Origin: Octopus sinensis
Lineage: Eukaryota
Direction of reading: 5' to 3'
NCBI RefSeq assembly: GCF_006345805.1
Contig: NC_042997.1
Span: 23,994,001-24,058,000, forward strand
Length of the DNA stretch: 64,000 bases
A program made the translations under genes and the position numbers. Positions 38,147 through 50,093 of the stretch are shown piece after piece; position 1 is the first letter of the stretch, and each line of letters opens with the position of its first letter. Below the pieces are notes generated by a model, which made no database searches, was not told where the DNA came from, and saw only the letters and a list, made by a program, of their open reading frames with translations.

Positions 38147-39319
38147 TAAGTTAGCCAACGTGGGAGGCCTTTATGACGCTGCTTGACTGACTACAATTGG
38201 CAGTTAAATCTCCTCTAATCATAAGAAAATACGATATATCGGGATTCACATCTAAAAAAACAAAAAGATATTGATCACGGCCGGAACGCATTTCATCATA
38301 ATATTTAACCCGATCGTGGTCAACCAGGGGCTAAACAACAACACCGACAGCAACAGCTAAAAGTCATTTCAATAAACAGCAATAACGCAAAACCTATCAC
38401 GGCTACTACGACTACCGGCTTTAGCTTCAAGACATTTGTTATCACCTTCAAAACAACATCGCCGTTGTCGTCTATTTCTAGTTGTTGGTATTGTTGATGT
38501 TGGACTTCATTTTTTTTTCTCTCTCTCTCTTTCCTACACAGTCAAAGTGATATAGGTTTCTGCACAGCGACATAGAACTACAACAATCTCGGCCTTGTGC
38601 CTTCAATGTACTTACAAGGCCACCTAATAGGAAACAGTGAAGTGTCAGTCAGTATAGTATTTAAATAGGTTTGTCAGACATCAATCAATGCTTAGCTTTC
38701 AAACACCGGCCGACTTTCACTGGCATCAACAGAACTGTTGTTTACATCGCCCTGCGTGTTTTTGGAATCATGACCTCTTGCAAACAATTTTGTCGGTATG
38801 TCCCCCTGTGTCTAACTACTTACTACTCGACTACATGTGACTTTTTTTGCATATAAATTTGTGTATGTGTGTGTCTGTGTGTGCGAGTACGCATCTCTTT
38901 AAACGTTATGTGTGGTTGACCGTGTGCAGATATATATATATATATGGAGGCCAAAACGTACTATAACTGACACACAAACACAGACGCAAAAGTGTGTGCG
39001 TATGCATCAACAATGTGTCAGTTATAGATTTTGCACATCCATATATCTATTCCTCTCTTTTACTCTCAGCATTTATGTATGCATATTCTTTTATTCTTTT
39101 ATGCGTTTCAGCCCAAATGCTTTGGCCATGCTAGGGCACCACATGTGCTATCACCATTTTAACGGCAATACTTTTGTGATTGGCTTTTAGTGAAAGGAAG
39201 AGTTCGATATTGCCTGCTCCCCTTTTTTTTAAATTTCTTGGCGTGATGTTGGATCAGCAGGAGGTCAAGTTAGTTCTCTCTCTCTCTCACTCTCTCTCTC
39301 TTTCTTTCTTTCTCTCTCT

Positions 39320-39361
<42 letters not shown>

Positions 39362-39362
39362 A

Positions 39363-39529
39363 TAGGCGCAGGAGTGGCTGTGTGGTAAGTAGCTTGCTCA
39401 CCAACCACATGGTTCCAGGTTCATTCCTACTGCGTGGCACCTTGGGCAACTGTCTCCTACTATAGCCTCGGGCCGACCAAAGACTTGTGAGTGGATTTGG
39501 TAGACGGAAACTGAAAGAAGCCTGTCGTA

Positions 39530-39561
<32 letters not shown>

Positions 39562-39804
39562 AGTGTGTGTGAATATGTTTGTGTGTCTGTGTTTGTTCCT
39601 CTAGCATTGCTTGACAACCGATGCTGGTGTGTTTACGTCCCCGTAACTTAGCGGTTCGGCAAAAAAGACCGATAGAATAAGTACTGGGCTTACAAAGAAT
39701 AAGTCCCGGGGTCGATTTGCTCGACTAAAGGCGGTGCTCCAGCATGGCCGCAGTCAAATGACTGAAACAAGTAAAAAGAGTAAAAAAAAAAAAGAGTAAA
39801 GAGT
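39363..39804 (+). mobile_element. SINE family C, full length
   Basis: Head, internal TA tract and tail ending in (AAAGAGT)-like repeats; follows a (TA)n tract. Confidence 0.93.
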
Positions 39805-40051
39805 AATATATGAAGATTTTCCCTCCGTCCGACTGTTTTTCTCTGTACAAAACAGAAAGTTACATTGTGGAACAGTCATTCTAACGAGTGTTTTTTATTT
39901 ATGTATCATCCGACGGGGTACATCTGCACCACCGGATGCTTCTGAACCAGTTGGTGAGTGTCCGACAAGAGGAATCGATGCTAAATAAATCGAAACAATT
40001 GCCGTGATTAATAATAAATTCTCGTATATTCCATCTTCTGTCTTTCATTTG

Positions 40052-40105
<54 letters not shown>

Positions 40106-40193
40106 ATCAAAAAAGGGGGTAGAATTAATTAATTGTTAATAAATTCGACCAAGCAGTATTCGGTATGTAAAGACCATTTACGGTGTATTGAAG

Positions 40194-40483
40194 TATTAAT
40201 TTATAAAAATATGGTAAAGTAAAAAAATTCACTTTACCACACACCGAACTTTTCAGAAATAGCAGCCAAAAATATGGCTATTTCTTCAACTGCAAATAAA
40301 AGTCTCCAACTGCCTATGTGAGTTGTTCCCTTATACCTATGTGAGTTATTTTCTGAGTATGCATTGTCTGGAGACTTTTATTTGCAGTTGAAGAAATAGC
40401 CATATTTTTGGCTGCTATTTCTGAAAAGTTCGGTGTGTGGTAAAGTGAATTTTTTTACTTTACCATATTTTTATAAATTAATA
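40194..40483. repeat. Perfect 115-bp inverted repeat with a 60-nt spacer
   Basis: Checked by eye: 40194-40308 is the exact reverse complement of 40369-40483. Confidence 0.95.
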
Positions 40484-40541
40484 TATATATATATATATAT
40501 ATATCTATATAATAATGATAATAATAATAATGATAATAATG

Positions 40542-40591
<50 letters not shown>

Positions 40592-41145
40592 TGGAATCTA
40601 TGCCAACATTATGGAATAACAACAGAAAAAAGATGGTATAGGCACACACCAGAAAAGGTCACAGAAAACGAGAAAGCAACCATACTCTGGGATATGCCGA
40701 TACACACAGATAGAGAAATGAAGGCCAACAGACCAGATATAGTTGTCAGAGATCATGAAGAAAAAAAACGCTTTCTAATTGATGTATCAATACCGGCTGA
40801 TGACAACGTGTCTCTAAAAGAAATGGAGAAACTCTCAAAATACAAAGACCTGGAAATAGAGGTAACTAGAATGATGGAATCTGAAAACAGAAACAATTCC
40901 TATCATAGTGGGTGCATTAGGCATGATAAAAAAATATTCAGACAAATACATAACAAAAACACCAGGACTTACAAACACATATAACATACAGAAAATTGCA
41001 CTACTAGGCACTGCACACATCCTACGCAGAACACTTTCCATACAATAACCATCAGAGCATCACAACAAATCACAGCACATACCCAAGGCACACAGAGCTG
41101 CGCTCGGTAGTGAAGTGAAAGCACGCTATAAAAATAAAACTACTG
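40592..41145 (+). mobile_element. R4/Dong-clade non-LTR element 3' fragment (restriction-like endonuclease domain) within (TAA)n
   Basis: ILWDMPIHTDREMKANRPDIVVRD...LIDVSIP...KLSKYKDL, then a +1 frameshift at ~40874, WNLKTETIPIIVGALG...QKIALLGTAHILRR, stop 41046-41048, short 3' UTR. (AAT)n on both sides. Confidence 0.93.
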
Positions 41146-41167
41146 AATAATAATAATAATGATAATA

Positions 41168-41238
<71 letters not shown>

Positions 41239-41277
41239 TAATAATAATAACAATCCTTCAATTTTAGTCCTACAATT

Positions 41278-41640
41278 ATTACCTTGAGTACTTTGTGGGT
41301 GTTTCTTTACCCAGAATTCTACTACTTCTCGTCCTAAGATGTGGAGGATATTAGTGTAGGCGTTAACTACATCAAATTTGATACTTATCTAGCTTACTCT
41401 TCTTGGAAAGTGGTTTAAGAAGTCCATATCATCTCTAATTAAACTAGGGACAAATTTACATAGAGGTTTTAGAATCATGTCAGGCATGTTGCTTAGTCCT
41501 TTGCTGATTGATGCTGGTCCCGCTACAATTCGTCTTAACTTAATTTGAGATTGTCTTGGAATCTTTATATGTGGTGTTTGGGTGTCCTCCAAATTCTCCT
41601 TGATATCTTTAAACTTGTCGATTTTCGGAGGTTCACGGAA
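41278..41640 (-). pseudogene. Penelope-like element reverse-transcriptase fragment
   Basis: PPKIDK...KLRRIVAGP...LSNMPDMILKPL...IRDDMDFLNH...FDVVNAYTNILH..G matches PLE RT motifs (PKIHK, RPIV, FDV.SLYTNIP). One in-frame stop. Confidence 0.85.
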
Positions 41641-41689
41641 GTTACTGTTTTTATTTCAAATTTAGGTAATCTGGCTCTTTTTTCTATAT

Positions 41690-41886
41690 ATATTATATAT
41701 ATGTATATATATATGTATGCACGTATGTGAGTATATATATATATATATATTATGTATGTATGTATATATAATATATATATATATATATAATATATATATA
41801 TATATGTATGTATATATATATGTATGTATGTATGTATATATATATGTATGTATGTATATATGTATGTATGTATGTATATATGTATG

Positions 41887-41918
<32 letters not shown>

Positions 41919-41940
41919 TATGTATGTATATATATATATG

Positions 41941-42020
<80 letters not shown>

Positions 42021-42035
42021 CGTACATATATATAA
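41690..42035. repeat. (TA)/(TATG) microsatellite
   Basis: Visible low-complexity repeats. Confidence 0.95.
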
Positions 42036-42221
42036 TCATTCTCACCATTATTGTTAAAGTACATTTCTCTCTGGAGATGCAATCGTCACGTGATATATTA
42101 AAATTAAAATGTCAAGAGCATTGAAAGTATTGAAACCTATTTGTTTTTGCGATACTATTAAACAATTGTTACCTCAGGAAGAAACCTGATAGTATTGCAA
42201 AGTACCTTAGTATTAACAAGA

Positions 42222-42310
42222 TTAGTAGCAGTAACAGTAACAGCAACACTAGCAGCAGCAGCAGCAGCAGCAGCAGCATCAGCAGCAGTAGTAGTAGTAG
42301 TAGTAGTAGT
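42222..42310. repeat. (CAG)n/(TAG)n trinucleotide tract
   Basis: agcagcagc...agtagtagt. Confidence 0.9.
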
Positions 42311-43574
42311 TTTTAACCACTAAGGGCAATTTTATACAGTCATCCGCGAAACTCGAAATACTAAGGTTAAGAGTTTAAAAACCATGTGAGGTAACACAAC
42401 CATGTCATGCAAAAAACCCGTGGGGTGCATTACAAACATTATGCGAAGATATTTATAAATTAGTGCTAAAATAAGAACTTGGAATATATGCTATGAAAAA
42501 AATAAGGAAAGCAAGATATTTGAAATGTTCATACATTCAGGCTTTCGTTACCGAAGCACGGGATTAGGACCGACTGAAGGAGCCTAATCAGAATACTGCA
42601 TACCTGCGCTTTTAGCTTGCTCCTATTGGAGCCTGTTACATGCTAAGCTCTCTTATACCGTACGCAAAGTCGAGATAGAAAAAAGTGCTTCTGCTTGTGT
42701 GTTACTGCTTGCTGCTGTAATGACTATATTTATAGAATACGCAAGAATCACATCATCAGGACTATTATTAAATATATATGTTACTATGTTCACATTAACA
42801 CTTCTATACGTTGAAGATTTAATATAAATAATAATAATAATATTAAAAAGAGGGAGAATATAATGAAGGAATATAGAGAAAAATAAGGAAGCCATGGCTG
42901 AAACACAAGTGTGTAGATTGTCACAGCTGGAACCCCATTGCACTATCAAGAGTGGCAGATTGTAGAAAAAAATATCTTCAGAGAAAATAGAAATGACGGT
43001 TGGGAGAGAGCCGGATACATACATGCTTTGGGTGGGCCGAGTCAAACAGACTTGATAGACTAGAAATTATTGTTGAAAGAGACAGTTAAGTCTTTAACAA
43101 ACACCATGATTTTGCTGTCAGGGTTTACAACGACCGATATCACACCTTTCACTGCAAATTTACAGCAACAAGCTCAACATAGTGTGAAAGAAAGAAGAGG
43201 AAATGTCACTTTTGTGTTCTCTTATTTATTGATTGATTGATTGGTTCATTTATGTTAGTTTACCGTAAATTCTATGACGGTTTTTCTAAAAGCGCTAAAA
43301 GGAAATACAAACAATGAGAAAAATATTCGAAACGAGAATAATCACAATCAGTACAACGAATAACTACACTGTCAGCGAATTATCATTTCTTTATCTATTT
43401 TTTTCCTAGCTTTTATACTGCGTCCTGTAGGCTTCACAACACACACGCACAAGTTTGAAACCAAGGCATGCGCACACGCGTATCCACGTATTCTCAGCGC
43501 TCTGGTTTCAAATCTCAATGAAATATTTTTTTAAAGACCCTTCCATCTTTCCTGGGTCGATAAAATATAGTACC

Positions 43575-43739
43575 TATTTCTTTACTGCCCACAAGGGGCT
43601 AAACATAGAGGGAAGAAACAAGGACAGACAAACGGATTAAGTCGATTATATCGACTCCCAATGCGTAACTGGTACTTATTTAATCGACCCCGAAAGAATG
43701 AAAGGCAAAGTCGACCTCGGCGGAATTTGAACTCAGAAC
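43575..43739 (-). mobile_element. 5'-truncated SINE B inserted, inverted, into an older SINE B
   Basis: 17-bp TSD cgataaaatatagtacc at 43558-43574 and 43740-43756. The flanks read as a decayed plus-strand SINE B. Confidence 0.88.
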
Positions 43740-44557
43740 CGATAAAATATAGTACCAGCCTGGTACTGAGGTTGTTGTTATCAACGAACCCACTCACCAC
43801 AAACGCCTCACTTGTGCTAAAATCAAAGACTATTATTATCTTTCTTTTATGCCACTGTATATCTAAACCGCATTGTGTAGGGTTGGGAACACACTGACTA
43901 ATTTGTCTACTCAAACACTCACATCCATATTTTTGTTATTTTGAGTTCAAATCTCGTCGAGGTTAAGTCGATAACGTTAAGTACTAGTCTAGTGCCCGTG
44001 TTTTCCGTTAACACTTCTTGGTACATGGATTAAGACTATATAGTTGACATGAAGATGTTGCGTCTATCGACGTCTTGTTCCACAAACACCGGAAGCTTAT
44101 CACTTTTAACCAGGTTCCAGACGTTCCCGTTTCTCTGCCACAAGGTCAATTTACGGCGCAAAGGAAAGGGGAAAGTACTACAAGAAATTTATATAACTCT
44201 GTCAATTCCGCTCATCCACCGTTCTAAACTGGCACGTCATTTATCGAACTCGAAAGATGATCCCGGCGAATTTGAACTCACATATAGAGACCTAGACCAA
44301 ATATCGAACGGCATACTATCTGGCACACCAACGTACTGTCTATTGCCTTTTCTGATTTTAAGACGGCGAGTTGCGGAAAAGTTATAGCGCTGGAAAAAAA
44401 TCCCTGCGATATAATATTCGACTAAAAAGCATAAAAAAGTCCTGAGTTCAACTCCAGCGAGATTAAGTTTAACTTTCAAACGCTCGTGGTCTATTAAATA
44501 AACTACTACTCGAGTACTGCAGACGATGTTATTAGCTGACAGCTTCCCTCAAAACTG

Positions 44558-44713
<156 letters not shown>

Positions 44714-44779
44714 GTGCATCAATGTACGCGCACACACAAGCACACACATTCTGAGTTAAGTCACTCTCTCTGTATCTGC

Positions 44780-44823
<44 letters not shown>

Positions 44824-44824
44824 A

Positions 44825-44872
<48 letters not shown>

Positions 44873-44911
44873 AATCTATCCATTCATCAATCTATCCATC
44901 TACCTACCTAT

Positions 44912-45294
44912 CGTGACACTCCGTGGGTTACGACGATGGGGGGTGCAGCTGATCCGATCAACGGAACAGCCTGCTCGTGAAATTAACGTGCAAATGTCTG
45001 AGCACACATCAGACACATGTACCCTTAACGTAGTTTTCGGGGAGATTCAGCGTGACACAGATTGTGACACGGCTGGCCCTTTGAAATACAGGTACAAAAG
45101 AAACACGAAAAAAGAGTGAGAGAAAGTTGTGGTGGAAGAGGACATCAGCATTCGCGCCCACCCCCTGCCGGAGCCTTGTGGATCTTTAGATGTTTTCGCT
45201 CTATAAACAATCACAACGCCCGGTCTGGGAATCGAAACCGCAATCGTACGACCGCGTGTCCACTGCCCTAACCACTGGGTCATTGCGCCTCCAC
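44912..45294 (-). mobile_element. SINE family D, more diverged copy, in an (ATCT)n field
   Basis: 10-bp TSD acctacctat at 44902-44911 and 45295-45304. Confidence 0.9.
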
Positions 45295-45317
45295 ACCTAC
45301 CTATATGTAGGTATCAT

Positions 45318-45358
<41 letters not shown>

Positions 45359-45376
45359 ATATATATATATATTTAT

Positions 45377-45408
<32 letters not shown>

Positions 45409-45423
45409 ATATATATATATTAT

Positions 45424-45475
<52 letters not shown>

Positions 45476-45596
45476 TTATCTATCTATCTATCATCTATCT
45501 ATCTATCTATCTATCTATCTCAACCTACCTATCTATCTATCTTTCTATCTATCTGCTTACTTGCCTCTGTTTCTCCCTGTCTAACTACCTACCTAC

Positions 45597-45632
<36 letters not shown>

Positions 45633-45652
45633 TTATGTATGTGTGTGTGTGC

Positions 45653-45710
<58 letters not shown>

Positions 45711-45720
45711 GTAATGCATT

Positions 45721-45757
<37 letters not shown>

Positions 45758-45959
45758 TGTGTCGCTGTCTATCTGTCTATCTATTTGTGTCATGTAATGT
45801 TTTGTTTGTTCTCCTGCTTTTTCAATTTTTCTTACTTGACAAACCATTCTTGACAGCATGTCTGACATGGGCTTTCTTGTTGTAAATAAATTTCTTTTGA
45901 TCACAACTTCAAGGTACATAGTCAAGACCTCGCTATGAACTGCCCAGGTGTTTCTCGAG

Positions 45960-46154
45960 CGCCATATGTAGATGTAAGTATGTATGTATGTATGTTTCTA
46001 TGTGTGTCTCTGTGTATGTGTGTGTGTGTACGTGTTTGCGTGCTTGTATGTGTTTACGTACGTGCGTATATATATATATATATTTACATGTGTATATACA
46101 TATATACATGTGTGTATACACATTCATAGATAAAGAGGTATAATGATAATAATA

Positions 46155-46241
<87 letters not shown>

Positions 46242-46438
46242 GAAGAAGAAGAAGAAGAAGAAGAAGAGAAGAAGAAGAAGAAGGAGAGGAAGGAGTGGGG
46301 GAGAAGTAAGAAGCTGAAGGAGAAGAAGAAGAATATCCATACGCAAACACACAGACACACACACAGACAAAAGTACCACCATATATTTTACAAGGCATAC
46401 GGCTGTGTGTGTGTGTGTGTGTATACATATTGTATATG

Positions 46439-46472
<34 letters not shown>

Positions 46473-46570
46473 ATATATATAATATATATATATATGACTA
46501 TATTATATTATATTATTTATTTTATTATATTATATATATAATATATATAATATATATGTGTGTATGTATA
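45960..46570. repeat. Compound microsatellites (TG),(AAT)n,(AAG)n,(TA)n
   Basis: Visible low-complexity repeats. Confidence 0.92.
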
Positions 46571-46680
46571 TATGTAGAAGGTTGAAAAGGAACACACGAG
46601 ATGATATGTATAATCAAAATAAGACAAGGTAGAAAATGCTGAAATAATTTCATCATGAAGAACATTTTACTACTGGTAGA

Positions 46681-46789
46681 TCTAGGTAGTTAGCAGCAGC
46701 TAGTTTAGTATGATTTCTCTACTACTACTGCTGCTTAAACAATCAAAGACAAATATTTATATCAAACTAGCTACTGCTAACTACCTAGA
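46681..46789. repeat. Fold-back with 26-bp arms (25/26) and a 57-nt spacer
   Basis: tctaggtagttagcagcagctagttt vs aaactagctactgctaactacctaga. Confidence 0.88.
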
Positions 46790-47089
46790 ACACACAAGAG
46801 TAAAAAAGAGATACAGGCACAGACAGAAAAAAGGAAAAATGTCCCTTGTATTTGAAAACTTTTGGTAATATTAAAAAAAGCAATTTCATTTCATTTTTCC
46901 ACAATTTAATTGTTTTTCATGCTTTAACGCTAAGTTGAAAATGTCGCAAAAACTGAAACCGGTACTAAAATATTCATGATAAAATTATTTTAGCATTTTC
47001 TACCTTGTTTTATTTTCCTTATATATCATTTTATCATTTCATTTCATCTAGTTTCAGCTCACGAGCTGTGGCCATGCTGGGGCACCACC

Positions 47090-47164
<75 letters not shown>

Positions 47165-47169
<5 letters not shown>

Positions 47170-48219
47170 ATATAAAATCCGTTCAGTCTGTCTGTTTGTG
47201 TGTCTTCTATTTGATTTGTAGTTACCGACGGTATCAGGGCGTGTATAAGTCTTGAAAAATATTACAAAAATCGATTCCAGGTGAGAATGCGATCGATAAA
47301 TCCGTGGGAACGTGCATTTTTACGCGCAAGTATATCATCTGTTGCGATCGATACTACACGTACGCAAGAAAAATGCACGTGCAACTTGCGCAAGAAAAGC
47401 CGGCTGGCCATGAATTAGTGCTACGAAATGCAGTATATTTAAGAGACCAAAAAAGTAAGATGCAAAAGAGATATTTTCTTCAAACGTTTCTTTCCTGCCA
47501 AGTTTACTGTTTAAACCATGTTTGTGTTCTCCCAGTCAACAGCCTTTTCATTAGTGGTACTTTAAACTCTTCGGTTGCATATTTGTGTGAATAAAATCGT
47601 TTTTCTTTGGAAAAGAAATGAAGTCTATCTTTATTTCTTCTTTTGCTGGTGTCTCAAATTTAAGTTAAATCAGTGTTTCTCGAAGGGGTGGCCTATGGGA
47701 CGGTCGGACAAGTTGTTTTGAGAAAATTTGGTTTACATGTTTGACAACTCAGCACCGTCCATTGGACGGGGGGTGTGTTTTGCTCGTACATATATATATA
47801 TATATTATATATATATTTATATATATATATATATATACACATATACATATATATATATATATACACATATACATATATGTAATGCATTTATATATGTGTT
47901 AGAGGGCTCGCACTTTTCAGTTAGAGGGCTCACACTTTCTATGGTCATTCAAAACCACCCAAGAGTGGTCGTGCACATCTTTACATTTCCATAGTCACCC
48001 AGCAGAGCCATTAAAAACATCAATAGAAGTGACGTTTTTGTGAATTTTCTATCCAAAACCCAATCAAAATGCCCGAAACTCTATACGCCAATTGAATGCC
48101 AGTTAGCTGTATGTGATTGGTCGGAGATTTGGACATTACTCGCGTGTATGTGCGCACGCACGCAGCTGTATATGCATGCACTAGAACTATGACCCGGCAA
48201 CGCCGGGTCATAGTGCTAG
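47165..48219 (+). mobile_element. Probable ~1.05-kb non-autonomous Helitron (third family)
   Basis: 3' end is clear: perfect 13-bp hairpin actatgacccggc-aac-gccgggtcatagt (48186-48214) then CTAG|T. The 5' end (tataaaatccgttcagtctgtctg) is only inferred and merges into (TA)n. Confidence 0.6.
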
Positions 48220-48486
48220 TATATATATAATATAATTTTATATGTATTATGTTACATATATATATATATATATGTGTGTGTATGCACACACAGAGGCACA
48301 CACAGGGGTTTAGGCATTTCCTTTTCTGAATTTTAAGAAGGAAAACAACAAAGACTGAAATGAAATGGCGGATTGTTACTTTTGTGATATTTTTCCGTTT
48401 CTTTGCATTTTGCGGTTCAAAATCCCGACATCAGCTTCATTTTTTATCACGCTGCGTTCAAAGAAATATAGTGTTAGGGCCTACAG

Positions 48487-49138
48487 CAGGGGTTCTCAAC
48501 CACCTTTTACCTATGGACCCCTTTGATTTCTATTTTACTCTTCTGGACCTCCATAGCCAGCCGATATATATCATATTTTTATGATTAAATATTATTAGGA
48601 ATTATATAAAAAATTAAAATATTTCGGTGTATTGTAGAATTATAAGCAATTTATTGCACATGAATTTTAACAACAAGCTCGGATCTTTTCGGTTTGAACA
48701 GCAATTTTTTCTAGCGGTGTCATATGAAATTGTCACCTATAATTATGACCCTAGTACCGATCTATTGCATTTCAATCTGTTTTAGGGTTAGGGTTAGGGT
48801 TATGGGTGGGGGAAGGGTATCTTTTTTTCTTAAAAAATGTAAATAAACCCAATCTGTTTCTTAAACGAGGGACATATTCATACGGCACAGAATGTTTTTT
48901 TTACCTCAATGGACGTCATTAATTGGTTGAAATTGCAGAAATTGAAGAAAAAAAACAACAAATATCTTACAAACTATAGAATTTTCTCAATAAAGCAAGA
49001 GAAACAGATGTTTTATAAACACATTCTACCAGTATACGAAGTTTAAAATTTTTTAGTTACCTAGAAATTATGTTAAAAACTGCCGTTCAAACCGAAAAGA
49101 TCCACAAACTCTTAAATGGAACCCGTTTGAGGACACTG
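48487..49138. mobile_element. hAT (Charlie/Buster-like) MITE hosting a nested element
   Basis: Ends caggggttctcaacc and the reverse complement cagtgtcctcaaac; degenerate 8-bp flanks gcctacag/gtgtactg. Confidence 0.6.
48681..49103 (+). mobile_element. GG-terminal MITE with 8-bp TSD and (TTAGGG)3 (Merlin-like candidate), copy 2
   Basis: TIR ggatcttttcggtttgaac(a/g)gca; TSD acaagctc/acaaactc (7/8); ttagggttagggttaggg at 48782-48799. Confidence 0.88.
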
Positions 49139-49766
49139 GTGTACTGTTTCAATCGACTAACCCCCCAGTGTTCATCACTTTCTGACTTACCCTTATGTAT
49201 GTATGCATAGAGAAAGAGGGGGGATAGAGAGAAAGACATAATATATAAATAAGAGGTACATTAAGAAATTAATCATGCCTTAAGTATAATTTTATTTTAT
49301 GTAAATCCAACAGTATTAAACTGAAATGTTTCTTTGAATTATTTGAATAACAGAATAGAGGTAATGAAAGCAAAATATCTTTATATATAAATGTGTAATG
49401 ATGTGACCATGTGTGCTTGAAGTGTATATGTATGAATGTATATTGCATGGGTGGTGTCATGAATCACCTGGGTGGGGCTACTAGTAAATTATATCAAAAT
49501 GCTCGTTATTGTAACAAAGAATCAAAGTAACTTCAATTGTTGACAAGTGCAATGCAATTTGCCGCAACTAAATCAAAGTGAAAACATTTATATAATGAAA
49601 TACAATGGTTTCTTTTATATCTATAAAATATTGTATTGGTATCTAATTACAAGAATACATTGGCAAAACCGTCATATAAATTAATACGTGTAGAGTTATT
49701 CAAAGACATCTACGCATGCATGCAAACATAGCCGTACATAGTTTTTTTTTTATCAAAACTTACACA

Positions 49767-49826
49767 TAGGCGCAGGAGTGGCTGTGTGGTAAGTAGCTTG
49801 CTTCCGAGTTCAGTCCCACTGCGTGG
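49767..49826 (+). mobile_element. SINE-C head fragment
   Basis: taggcgcaggagtggctgtgtggtaagtagcttgctt. Confidence 0.8.
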
Positions 49827-49860
49827 GGAGGTTTACTCACAATGGTTTACTAGTTTGGTT

Positions 49861-50093
49861 AAGGCGGCGAGCTAGCAGAATCGTTAGCACGTCGGGCGAA
49901 ATGCTTAGCGGTATTTCGGCTGCCGTTACGTTGTGAGTTCAAATTCCGCCGAGGTCGACTTTGCCTTTTATCCTTTCGGGGTCGATAAATTAAGTACCAG
50001 TTAAGCACTGGGGTCGATATAATCGACTTAATACCTATGTCTGTCCATGTTTGTCCCCTCTATGTTTAACCCCTTGTGGGTAATAAAGAAATA
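49861..50093 (+). mobile_element. SINE B (B1 tail), full length
   Basis: 17-bp TSD ggtttactagtttggtt at 49844-49860 and 50094-50110. Confidence 0.95.

Noticed and set aside
38541-38785. Strong polypyrimidine acceptor at 38540 and a DINQC-starting frame ending at a gtatgt donor
   Set aside because: All frames after the strong acceptor stop within about 11 codons. The DINQC frame lacks EGF cysteine spacing and has a poor acceptor.
48782-48799. TTAGGG repeats as a telomere or chromosome-fusion scar
   Set aside because: Only three units, and they lie inside a MITE whose second copy also has them.
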